Source of the DNA: Laetmonice hystrix
Lineage: Eukaryota
Assembly: GCA_965235115.1 (NCBI GenBank)
Contig: OZ249445.1
Coordinates: 3,410,001 to 3,474,000, forward strand
Length of the DNA: 64,000 nt
Reading direction: 5' to 3'
The position numbers and the translations under genes are program-made. Shown piece after piece: positions 1-12,400 of the stretch. Numbering within the stretch: the stretch's first letter is position 1; each line of letters begins with the position of its first letter. Under the pieces are notes generated by a model. That model did not search any database. It was not told the origin of the DNA and was given only the letters and a program-made list of their open reading frames with translations.

Positions 1-1142
1 TGGATCATTGACAGCCCACACCAGCTGATGATCCAGCGGAAAACCCACCGGTCCCAACGGAAATACAAAACCACCCAAGTATTGTTGTTCACTGCCTTGA
101 CTGAGGCGTAAACACCAGCCCATTGTCTCCACTCTTGGCACTTGTTTATTTGTGTTTCTCCTGGTAACAGTCGTTTTTCTCCCTCACTCAATCCACCTTT
201 ACCCCGGCAAACATTCAGGGCCTACTTTGGTCCATATAAGATTTCTGGTGGCATTTGAAGCCTATTGTCTTGGAGCGGTACGCTTGAGATGCCGCCCAGT
301 GTATTGTTCTGATGCGAGCACACAGAAAGGCACATGATGACGGCCATGTTTAGTAACCAGTGGTAATATTTCAGGGTTTACATGTTTACTCCCAGGAATT
401 CGCAGTTTGAATATTATGGTTAATTATTAAAATATTTTAATATCTTTAATATCTTATAATAAGAAATATGAAGAAGTGCCGTTCTTTACCACTTTTGTTG
501 TCAGCAGCTCAGGACTCTGGTACTACGAGTTAGATTCCCCGGATTAGTTGACCGTTCCGGTGTACAAACTGAAAGCGTCCGGCTGTGGAGAGCGTGGTGA
601 AAACTGATATGTAATGACCAGCTTGGTTACCATGGACATTGACCAGGTCCCAGCGACAGCCCAATAATTCTCCATCCAGCATCTTGCATGGCAATAGCAT
701 CACCACGACGCGCAAGACGGGGCATGAGCCGGACAATCCCGGCCGTACTCGCCGCCGAGCCGGGCGTACGGGTCTCTGGCACCGGAATGCAGCCCGCTAT
801 TGTCACAGAAGACAATGCCAATTGTCGGTGCACAGATCCTGGAACCACATTCTTGCACCAGACAATAGAGCCTTGGGAGATGCAGCCAAATATGTTGGCG
901 AGTGTCACAAAGAGGCAAGTTCAGGCGGCTGGCAAACAGAAAGGATTTCGGTGGCTATTGTTAGGTCAGAAGAAAAGCTACCGTCTTGACTCAAACAGGC
1001 CGAGATTTAATTATTTTTCTCAAAGGTTATAAGTGTGATAAGAATTGGCAGTGATGTGGATTCAGCTGGCTTTTGTAAAGTTCGCGAGAGAATGGGGATG
1101 GTTGAATGAGTGTTGGAAGGCTGGAGTGGCGCTCCTGGTACC

Positions 1143-2006
1143 ATTGTCATTGAGCGCTAGGTCAGACGCTGACAGTGGATTGTCAGTGAGCGCTAGGTCA
1201 GACGCTGAGAGTGGATTGTCAGTGAGCGCTAGGTCAGACGCTGACAGTGGATTGTCAGTGAACGCTAGGTCAGACGCTGACAGTGGATTGTCAGTGAGCG
1301 CTAGGTGGTCAGACGCTGACAGTGGATTGTGGTGAGCGCTAGGTCAGACGCTGAGAGTGGATTGTGGTGAGCGCTAGGTCAGACGCTGACAGTGGATTGT
1401 CAGTGAGCGCTAGGTCAGACGCTGACAGTGGATTGTCAGTGAGCGCTAGGTCAGACGCTGACAGTGGATTGTCAGTGAGCGCTAGGTCAGACGCTGAGAG
1501 TCGATTGTCAGTGAGCGCTAGGTCAGACGCTGACAGTGGATTGTGGTGAGCGCTAGGTCAGACGCTGACAGTGGATTGTGGTGCTGACAGTGGATTATCA
1601 GTGAGCGCTAGGTCAGACGCTGACAGTGGATTGTCAGTGAGCGCTAGGTCAGACGCTGACAGTGGATTGTGGTGAGCGCTAGGTCAGACGCTGACAGTGG
1701 ATTGTGGTGAGCGCTAGGTCAGACGCTGACCGTGGATTGTGGTGAGCGCTAGGTCAGACGCTGACAGTGGATTGTCAGTGAGCGCTAGGTGGTCAGACGC
1801 TGACAGTGGATTGTCAGTGAGCGCTAGGTCAGACGCTGACAGTGGATTGTCAGTGAGCGCTAGGTCAGACGCTGACAGTGGATTGTCAGTGAGCGCTAGG
1901 TCAGACGCTGACAGTGGATTGTCAGTGAGCGCTAGGTCAGACGCTGACAGTGGATTGTCAGTGAGCGCTAGGTCAGACGCTGACAGTGGATTGTCAGTGA
2001 GCGCTA
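1143..2006. repeat. 36-bp minisatellite, about 24 copies (TGAGCGCTAGGTCAGACGCTGACAGTGGATTGTCAG)
   Basis: Direct tandem units with 35-bp (TGTGG) and 39-bp (GGTGGTC) variants. Confidence 0.97.
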
Positions 2007-5000
2007 AGTCCCCCCGTCCGCAGAACCCAGTGTCAAGAGGCCTTCACGTCCTGACTGATCATTCCCAGAACTCAGCCGTCTGGTTGCCTGGCTGTGGCCG
2101 TTCTGGTTGACTGGTTATGACGACTCTCCCGTGCTCGACCATGTCCTTCCTATAGTCAGTACACTTAGTAACCTTCTGTTACACGACCACAAGTACTTGG
2201 TAGTACAGTTTTTCTGAATGCACACGATGTCACCATGATGTGAGAAAATACCAGATTGAAAGTGCATGTTCTATGTTATGTCTCATGTTATTGATGATAT
2301 ACTTGAATGATGAAGAATCACACAAACAAGTGAACATCCTAAGAGAATGGAGATGAAATAGTGTGGGAGGTATAATGACAAGCAGGCGTAGATATTCGAC
2401 TATGATGGCAGGCAGGGTGATAAGGGTTGCCTTTAATGTCATTAACAGCTGTATCGGAATGTGACCAATTGGCAGGCGTCGACTGCCAGTTGTCAGTACA
2501 CCAGCTGATGACTCACTGATGTAATCAGCCGAATATTTATGCCGGCCCTGCACGTTGTCTGCCACACAATGGCAGTGGACCTGATACGGTTCCCACCAGG
2601 GGAGCACAACTGCCCATTCCCATAAGGTCAGCTATTGGAGCGCTATCAGGGGCAAGTCGAGTGGGATTATTCCCACAATCCTGACATTTATCTCTATCAA
2701 CTATCAAACTAAAATTACCTATTCAAGCTCAGCTCTTGTTTGTTAATTTTTCCATTAGATGGTGCTGAAAAAGTCTCTTTCGGAAATTGCCGAGGCAATG
2801 AAAACGGCTATTTGAAGTTGAGATGAAGCCTAGTTTATTTGATGTGTGAGAGGCGGTATGGGTATAGAAATTACAACTAGTTAACCAACCCATGGCGCTG
2901 TTCTAATACACATACATTCTCCTGAGTTAATCGTTACTTACACACATCGTCCTCCTACTCTCCCAGACGGCTCTCTCACTCTCTCTCTTCGCCTCCCCCT
3001 CCCTCTCTCTCTCTATATCTCTCTCTATCTCAGATACACACTACTGATCTTAGTGTTCCCGGACAGTGAAAGCTGATATACTGTTCCCTGACTCCGGCCA
3101 AATCCCAAGCAAATATTTCTTGCTGGTCAGTTCGAGTGTTACCCCAGATGGTCATAAGACGTGCCGCTCTCAGTGTAATCCCAGCCTAGGGACAACTGTC
3201 TGACCTTATTGATCCCTGACTCTTAGTTTGTGGGCGATGGAGCGTGAAAAATGCAAGATTTTTCATATTTGAGGCCATTATCATGCATTGACACGGGTCT
3301 TGCTGCAGCACCGATAAAGCAGCACCGACTTGCCCTGAGCCGCTTACCCAGGAAATTGCTCAGTGGCACTCCAATGAATCGCACATTAGGACCAATAGAA
3401 CAAGAGCAGGTCGGGCCATATTGTTATCACGTGGGCTGCAGACAAAACTAAGGTGACAAAACACAATGGTCTGACGGCGAATTAACACTGATGGACACGC
3501 GGTGATAATTCGCCTCATGGTGCGTGCCCCAGTAATGGCAGGAATCAGGTTTGCCCGTATGAATTTTACATGAGATTTTGCGTCTTGATCGGAGACCACA
3601 CAACAAAAACATGCCATTACTACATTGAGACTGAGTATTGCCTCGCCAGTGTACCCCAGATTGGCTGCTTGCGCCCAAAGATAGCTCCGTGATTGAAAAT
3701 GGCATTTGGAGCTTGTGGGGCCCGCCAAGGCCATAATGTAATGTATACATGGTTTTATACAAAGGTCCCAGCTGCCCAGTGGAACGTGTTTAAATGGAAT
3801 AATTAATAATAGATGGTTCCCGTATGAACATCGGTCCTGGGATTAAAACATGGAGGTGGTCACAATACGTCCTTCTCTGGCCCCTTGGAGGGGCAAGGTC
3901 AACTTTCTCCATCAGGCAGCACATAAATAACAACACTTTGGCGTCCTCTCAAAGTCTCCTGTCCTAGCCCTGTCTAAATCTCACACTGCAGTCCCCAGTG
4001 TTGATTCCTAACCAATAGTTCATTTAAATATTCAGTATCAGTCATCAATTACACTCTAAATGTGCAGCTCGTGCCTGTAACATTGGATTCAATGGTAATC
4101 AAAACAAGTTTTTTTTTCAGGGAAGGGCAGGGTTAGGTTAGTGTTGTACTATAGGTGGTCTAGGTCTCGTGTGTGGGTGATTGTAGTAGGGGGTTAAGTC
4201 AGTGAGTGACGTTCTTAAGCAGGCCGGCATGCCGAGTATGCAGCCAGGGTATTTCCTTGGGTAGTGTGTTGTGAATACTAATGCAGTCACCCAGGTAGAT
4301 CCTATTATGGTGCCATTGTCATGGAAATGAGCGGCTTTGTCAGGGCTGGGAGTTGACATTGGCCGCACTGTTCACAGCGGTAACCATGCAGTAGTGAGTG
4401 ATGAAGTGTTAACATGTCGTCTTTTGTTTCACCCCCTGTCAGCTTCCATAGCCGTTACAGATTCAAGACATGCCATATTACTCTCAGCCGGACATTTAAG
4501 AGTGTGAAAATTGATACGTCATAAAACTCTTTCTTACATCTGAGAATGGAAAATTTGGCGTCGTAAACTCCCCATACAAACATACCTGGAAACGGTTTCA
4601 TTGTAAAGATATGACAAGAGGTTAGCTGGCTGATTCATAGTGGGCAGGCAGGACGTTTGTGATTTAGGAAATCTTTCTCCGCTGGTTGTGAAAGCTGGAG
4701 CGGAAAGAGGAGGAGGAGGAGGGAGAGGGGAGGCCAGAGAGGGAGGGGGGTTCATAGAGCATGACAGAACATAAAGTGCTCATTTGCACCAACGCCTCGC
4801 CACCGCAGTACCTGTAATTAGAGGCCAAATGCGGTCAATGGCACGGGCAATGGTTGGTGGCGATAGGCTGCCAAATGATGCGATTAGTCGCTCAGGGTCG
4901 CGAGAACAAATGTAGCAGGAGTGCCTCCAAGAACAAAAGCCTCATGCATATGAGACACGTCAGGGGGAGCAGGCCTTAACCCCTGACCAGCTTCCAACTC

Positions 5001-5982
5001 AGCACTTGTAGTCTCTATATATTTAATCATTGATTATTATTCAGAGCTTTTATAGACGGTGTCTCAACGTAGGTTTCTACTTTGCAGGATTTTTAGACAA
5101 ACAACATATCGTATTATTTGAAAGGCATTTATTTTTGCCATTGACAGGTGTATGTTTAATTGTAAAGAGAGTAGATGGTACCTGATGAAGACCCGACAGC
5201 GATGATGGGGTAGTAACCGAGGGGTTTAGGGGGTGCAGTATTGAGCATGGTGACTGCTGAGATAAAGGTTAGGGCAGTAAATGCTATCACCTAAGGGTTA
5301 AGGGAGCTTGAGGTCGACAATGGACGCCCGAGGGGCGAGGTGTCCCGATTGATGCCCAGATTAGGTTACACCTCATTCATACCTTCTCGTTTGAAAGTTA
5401 CTAAATGAGTGGAAGGAGCTAATTGGCCAGGTACTTGGTTTATTTAGGCTATTGGGGAGTGAGCAGGTACTTTAGGGGAAGTTAATGGGGGAGGGTCTGT
5501 GGGTGGGTGGGAGGGTGGACTAGGTATAGAGACAGCGGTAGAGATTGTTCCTTTAGAACCAAGGAGGTGCTCTGTGAACGAATGGCGTCACTTAGTGCCG
5601 AGTTGTTTGCCACTCGGCAGTGCTAGTAACGTAAGAGGTCCCCTTTCCCTTGGTTCATTGACAGGAAGTACGGATGGCTGCACGTCATTGTGTTTCATTA
5701 CATACTGGTTGATATTGTGTCTTGTCTCCATTGTGCTGACCTGTCGGCCAGCCGCAAGCGACTAGACGATTGCCACAAGTCATTGCCGGTGGATCCTGAA
5801 CATCCCTTTGACTCGGACTGACTACTTAAACCGCGTACCTCACCTGGTGTAAATGAGCACAGTTTTTCTGCTCCTTTATATCTTTGAAATGGACAAGAAT
5901 ATACGCGAATAAAAAGCGCACCGTTTCCGGTTTAAGCGTTTACCACCACTCATGACTCTTTATGTTTGTGTGTTTCAGAAAT

Positions 5983-6765
5983 ATGTCCTCCAAACGTAAA
6001 AACACGCCAACAAAGCTTGCTAAAGACGAGGTGCGGCTTCACCGAGAACGGATGGAGAATGGCAGCGATGGGGACAGTCATGGGGAGAGTGACGTGGAGA
6101 GTGTCTCTAGTCTCTCCCTACATATCGTAACCAAGTCCCGGGAACAGTTGGATGACCTCCCGGACGGCACTGACGACAGTCCAGGCTCGGATCGCCCACA
6201 GACCAAGAAACAACGACTCTTACAAAGTGTCAAATGTGACAGTGGCGGGGGCGGGGGCTCGGACAGTGAGACAGATCTGCTTACCTTTCACAATAACAAT
6301 AACACCATTTTGACGAAGCCCACCACAGGGCTGCATAGGAAAAGCATGGACACAGTTCTGAGGAGACTCAGCTCCAAGGCCAGCGGGAACGCAGCACAAA
6401 TCTACTCTAACTCACACTCACCACAACCCGAACTTAACCACAAGGACGATTTTACTCACCGGGAAAGTTTTAACCACCGGGACACTTTCAACCACAGGGA
6501 CGAGTTCAACCATAGGGACGAGTTCAACCATAGGGACGAGTTCAACCATAGGGACGAGTTCAACCACAAGGAGGAAGTGAACCACAAGGAAGGAGTCAAC
6601 CACAAGGAGGAAGTCAACCACAAGGAGGCCGACCTGATGGACAGTGTCCAGACGGTTATAAACGCTGACGTCTCCGTCGACGAGAAGGAGAAACGACTCA
6701 GTGACATGATTGCACAACTGCAGAACCTCAAGGAAAGTCTCGCCACCAAGAAGTCAGAGAAACAG
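5983..6765 (+). CDS. SoxD: SoxD-group (Sox5/Sox6-like) transcription factor, first large coding exon (N-terminal region with coiled coil; HMG box not in window)
   Basis: Acceptor ttatgtttgtgtgtttCAG ends at 5978, ATG is at 5983, and the phase-0 donor CAG|GTAAGA follows 6765. The protein starts MSSKRK (vertebrate Sox5/6 start MSSKR/MSSKQ). HRKSMDTVLRRL resembles Sox5 RKGSLADVVDTL, and EKEKRLSDMIAQLQNLKESL resembles the SoxD leucine zipper [20 protein letters not shown]. Family assignment is from recalled sequences, not a search. Confidence 0.8.
6436..6633 (+). repeat. In-frame 18-bp coding minisatellite, 11 x hexapeptide (N/T)H(K/R)(D/E)xx
   Basis: Translation reads NHKDDF THRESF NHRDTF NHRDEF x4 NHKEEV NHKEGV NHKEEV NHKEAD, inside the SoxD exon. 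Confidence 0.95.
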
Positions 6766-8012
6766 GTAAGAAATCACCTCAATTACCTGACCTCTTGTAC
6801 ATATATTACATTAGTCTTTATGATTACAATGTCTCCTTTTGGTCAGTATGATATTTATGTTTTATGTACGCCGACAAATGAAGCTGTGTGACATGACCCT
6901 AAGAACTGTTGACAAGATAATCATAGCTGGTGAGAGCGAGATGAATTTCGTTATGGTATGAATCCAAATAAAAGAAACAGGGTGGATCCCACTTAACATT
7001 CAGTGAGGGGCGTCCTATTGTCAGTGAACAAGAAGAAGTTGGTGGTAGGTAGGATTGTCCGGCGGCGATTTTAACGGTTCAACTTGTCGGCGAATAGAGC
7101 CGTTGTCGAGGGTACTACCAGGGCCTACCTAGGCGAGGGCGGGCGGGGGGGGGGGGGGGGGGGGGGGCAGTAATCATCGTGAAGAAAATGCCCTTTTTAC
7201 GAGCAGGTGCTCTTCTTCAGGGTGTGAATTTATCCTTGTGCGTACGGCCGTGACTAGGGCAGTGAGTATGTTTGAAGGTATCACTATGTGTGCGGGCTGT
7301 GAGCTCCTTTCATGGAGCAGTCTTTTACACTGTAGTGCCACGTGTTATCAGGTTCTGCTAAATAAGCATGAATTAGGCAGGCATGAAACCATCGGAGTTG
7401 GTGATCAGTGCCATTTATTACCGCCTCATCCGTGCATCTGGTGCTGCCATGAGTGATCTGACTATTGTCAGACTTGGTGTTCCTGAGTAACAGCTCCGGA
7501 ACGCTGCACGCGTTCCTCTCGATGTGCGCCACCGCCGCTCCTACTGTTGTAGCTGTAAGATGGGCCCCGCCCACAGACGTAGGGAGGAAGATGCCGGTAG
7601 GAAAACTCTAGTGGTCATTGCCTTACACCTGACCGTCGGTGAAGTGATGATACCCTTCATATGCACACCACCCGGCTGACAAATGATCCCAGACAAGGAA
7701 GACACGAGCTGGGAATCTTGTCAGCAAGGCCTATTGTCAACTCTAATCATGGCTTTATTTATTCGCTATCAGCAATCATTATGCAGTGGCTGTAGATCAT
7801 AGCTGGAGACAGACATCTGTGAGGGAAACAATTAGTGAGATGGACGGGTTTGTTTAAAGAAGGAGATCCACCACCCAGATTCCAGCATAATAAGGACTGT
7901 TGAAATAACAAGACTCTAGTCTCGCTCCCGTTATGTTGATTCAGTAAAACACGCAGCTGGTGGACACTGAGACAATCCAATGACAATTAGGTCACAATCA
8001 GGGTCGGGATCA

Positions 8013-8037
8013 GGGTCAAGGCTAGGTCATGAGGTCA
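8013..8037 (+). promoter_or_regulatory. Composite nuclear-receptor element DR5+DR2 (RARE-like)
   Basis: GGGTCA-aggct-AGGTCA-tg-AGGTCA, with an extra AGGTCA at 7989. Confidence 0.4.
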
Positions 8038-9461
8038 TCCAAGGTGGCCCCCTCTAGCTGACCACCAATGGGTCCAGGGATCGCGTGAAAAACTTGACAT
8101 GCATTGATTTCTATTCAATTAGGTTGCCTGTCAAAGGTAATTGAATGGCAGCCAACCATCTTTGAAGATATTTTTCAGCAAGACCTTCAAATGTGTGTGC
8201 TCTGACTCGGAGGTGGAGGTTTTCTGTGGATTGACCTGGCCGGGCAGATAGAAGGTTTTAGAAGGAATGGTTGAACCCCAAAATAGGCTGGTGTTAGAAA
8301 CCGTAAGGATTTTATCGTGTAGTTACAACAATGGCAGATAATCAGCGCAAATGGACAACTTCTTTGAGATGATAATAGGGCCAAAAGGACAAGTCAGGAG
8401 ACATTGATTTCTGGAGCTGTCAGTAGAGTCTGAAAAGGGAGGAAGAGGTTTTGGTTGGAGTTGGGGCAGACTGGCATTGGCTTTGTGATAAGACGAAGCC
8501 AGGGGCACGAAGGACCGACTAAGAATAGGCTTGTCTTGGACATGGCCCGGGGTTCAGCGCCAAGGGCACAATGGTCGGTAACAAGAGCACCCCACTGAGG
8601 CTTTAACACGACAAAATGGACATAATCTGGACCCTCTGATCAGAGCACAAATATGGCCAGGGCGGAGTGGACAAGGGGCGCGCGGACGGCCGTTTTGATG
8701 GACAGTCGGCAAGGGTATCATCACAATGGGTCGGGGGCAGGGAAACAGGGGCGGTGACTTAACAAGACAAAATGGCCGTAATCTGGTCGGCCGAGTCAAT
8801 CCATGGCAGGGGCCATGCGTTTGTGGGAGCGCGGGGTGGGCCGGTGGCCGGCGGCACAATGACCTGAGATGATACTGGGACCAGGGGAGCGGGCAGACTT
8901 CACCCTGACTCTCGTACATCTTGGCCCCCTTTACTTGATGGGTGGCGGGGTTGGTTATAAGAATCCGGGCTCACAATGGGAGCGGAGGCTGGCAGTGATT
9001 GAGGCAGACAGGCAGGCCGGCAGTCCCCAGACCTTAGGGCCCCAGGTAAGGTGGTGGCCACCTCACCGGGTCATAGGGACACTGTCATAATGATAGATCA
9101 ACAGTCACAGCCACCGACATGGGATGAGTTAACAAGGCGCCAGCTGAAGATAATCCCATTAATCTATGGCTAAGTATGTCCAAGTATGAACTGGACATTT
9201 GTGCTGAGTCAGCAGTTGGCTTGGAAGGAGGTGTTAGGGTCCTTCACATTTTCCTCATGTAAAGGTTCTGACAAGTAAAGGCGGTTTGTAAACGCGCGGA
9301 TTCGGCACAGACCTATGCTCTACATGGGATTCCTGTTATCTGAAATGTCCTCATTAAATAAATCCTAATTTCATGAATGGCACGACGAATACTACCATTA
9401 GATCAGAGTCTAGCCTGTAAGCCTGGACCGATGATGGCGGAGGTCGTTGTCTGAGGTAATT

Positions 9462-9490
9462 AGGTCAAGAGCGGGAGGTCATGGTGACCT
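9462..9490. promoter_or_regulatory. Perfect IR3 (ERE-type palindrome) plus DR8
   Basis: AGGTCA-n8-AGGTCA-tgg-TGACCT. Confidence 0.4.
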
Positions 9491-12400
9491 GAGCAGAACC
9501 TCGGAGACCAAAGGCAGGTGACAGTGACCACCCGGAGGATGAGTGGACCTTGTGGTTAGTAAGTGACCTTGAAGTGGACAGTGGCCAGCGGAAGGTTAAT
9601 TAAAGTAGTGACCAGTCCATTCTCTCTCATCATATAACCCCCATCCCTGCCTCTATCCCCCGCTCCCGCTGCCAGCTGTATTGTTGACCAATAGTGTTGT
9701 CAGGCCAGCCATTTAGGACTGACATGACAATGGCCTCAAGGTCACTTAGAGGACGTTTGGTTGTCAGGCCGAGATGAGGACGATAATGGCAGGAAGCAGA
9801 GGTTGTCCGGGGATGACATTCTGATACAGGGCGGGTCTTTGCGAGGCTGACTGTCGGCGGGGCTGACGACGGGTCGAGTCGGGTCGGTGGAGATCGGGTC
9901 GGTAGGATGGCAGGCCTGTCACTGTCTCATGACTAGCCTGTTTTATGGTGGGTTGTCCATCGGGTGGCCGGCGGCGGGGTTATTGTGATCGGGGAATGAT
10001 AGACTTTGTGTTGTAAGGATTCACTATGGGGACGACGGCTGACTGCCACATGTCGAAGATCAGGCAGGTCTGTGTGAGGTAGGGAGAACCTCGAGTAGGT
10101 CAGCAACGAGCTCTGTCCGAGATCACGTGCACCGGCGGCACGACCCGGTCACAGAGGGCTTTCAATGCCAAGGTCAAGGACAGGTGGTTTAATGAGTAGG
10201 GGCGGTGGGCCCAGCCGGACCTGGCGATTACAAACTGGGGGATTGTGTCCGTCCTCTCTGATTGTGTCCAGTACCATTGTCGTCCCTCGCCGTGCTCGGG
10301 TCCTGTTAACATGTGACTATGGTACGGATTGGTGGGGCGGGGCACAAGGACCATAAACCAGCAATCCCACCTATAGTCCCACCCACAAGTCGACCTGCAG
10401 ACCTCATTAGCTGACTGCCCTAATAAAGCCACTGCCCGGTCCACTGTATTGTCACCCGAGAGCTGACCACCCAGGTTGTTAGGCCTTGTTCACCTCGGGA
10501 GACGGCCTTCTCTCCTACCCATTTGAGCTCTACAGATTGCCCAGTGTTGCTGACGAGGGTGTCTATTTTTGGATCAGTTAACTGCACATATTGTCAGTTA
10601 TTCATTTTTATTGCAAAATCCTTCAGCCTAGGTTGTGGCATACAAGCTAGGTTGAGGGTCTGATATGTTGTAATGCCATATTTTATAGGGTATGTTATCT
10701 CGGAACTAAAAAATGGCCACACCTAGAGGAGGACAGCAAGTGATTCAGTGTCAGTTCTTAGCCAAGGTTCGCAACGATTGCCCTTTTTTCAAGGGTGACG
10801 ACTTCCCTGGCCCACACTATGGGTCTGCAGGATCCCGGGGGTGGGGGAGGGTTAGCCTAGGTCAGGCCTTGACCTGAAGAAGCGGGCCGTTGTCAGACTT
10901 GCTAGGTACGGCGCTGATAACACAACAATGGCAGAGATGTGCCAGGTGAAGCATGATGGCCCCTCACGCCGCGCTGACCGGTCATCATCGATAACAATGG
11001 AGGCCAGACGGAGCGGGCCAAGTGCCATCCAGTGTCCGCCTGCTCCAGTAACCCATCAGCTGACAGGAGAAGCTGTCACCAGCCTCCCAGCTCCTCCTGT
11101 CTCAGCTAGGGCGATGGACAGGCGGTGTAGGAGGTTATCGAGGAGGCTTGGCGAGTGGGAGGGGGTCCGTCAGCCCCCCTCCGTTCTAGCAGCCCCCATC
11201 CCAGCAGCGTCCAGGGGGAGACCCCCCTCCCCAAACTCCTGCCGAGCTGTACCTTGCACTGCTTGCCTTATCATGCTTGTCATGTTGTGTCTGATAACAT
11301 AACAATGCACAGGGGGAAGCCAGCACAGGTCAGCAGAGCCGAGCCACAATGCCATATTTTACCTCCATCCCCAGGCAGGCCCACACTGGGCCCACACTGG
11401 GCCCACCCTGGGGCCCTCACTGTGGACTCAGATAGCATTGCCCTTAGTCGATAGCATTTCAACAGCAGCAAAGCTTGGGATAATAATAGATTCACGGGGG
11501 CGCAGTTTAAATGGCTATACAGCTCGAGCGGATTGCTGGGATCTTGGTATAAAATGCAATGATAACATTTTCTTGGTACATGGCAAAAACACAGACAGAT
11601 ATTAGTTTATACTTGTCTGTTTACGTTAGCTCTGCTGTACCACATAATTGTCCCAACCGGTAGCTGGGTCACTTCACCATGCCCCCGAGATGCACACACC
11701 GTGGCAGGATAAAGCTATTCTGGTATTCTACATAAAAACCTAATGTGATTGAAATGGGATACTTGATATCAAACCGAAGTCAAATGGTAGGCGAGTCGTT
11801 TGATGTTAGTGAAGATTTGTTGATGGTTCTCGTAGGGCTGGAGTCGGGGGTTGGGGGTGGGGGCAGGGGGAGGGGGAGGGTGAGAATGGCGGAGAGGGTT
11901 ATGAATCACAAGCGGCATTGTAATAATACACATTGGTGGGTTCAATTATCCCACGTCCATTTAGACATGGTCATGCCACCGTTAATTACCATTGTTCGCC
12001 ACAAGTGTGAGTCGGGGGCTCGGCTGGTGATGTCATCATTGGAATGGGGTCAGGCTGATCATGGGGTCAGGCTGATCATGGGGTCAGCCCCCCGCCACGC
12101 TTCACTGCTCGCCATCAATCCTGGTTGTGGAGGCGACATTGCTATAAAACGGCCCCTTCAGGTATTAATAGTGAGTTTATGTAAATCTAGTGGTGGTTGT
12201 ATGACAGAACAATTAACAGTGTCGTGTCAGCTGACTGAGCTGTCTGATTGGTTGACGATGTCATGTCACCATGGTGACCGGCAGACGCGGGAGGGGGCGG
12301 CTCAGAGCGTTATTTTATCTATTATAACTCACAATTAGCATGCCACCAAACATCAATCATTCTCTTGTTAGATATTTCCATGGAAACACAGCACATCTTG

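Noticed and set aside
5962-6891. ORF-track boundaries of the 309-aa ORF
   Set aside because: MFVCFR is the acceptor tract, and VRNHLNY... after 6765 is intronic read-through past a consensus donor.
7540-7800. Possible LINE endonuclease remnant (..TTR..LTNDP..ISNHYAV)
   Set aside because: The motifs are too short and lie in inconsistent frames; they cannot be distinguished from chance without a profile search.
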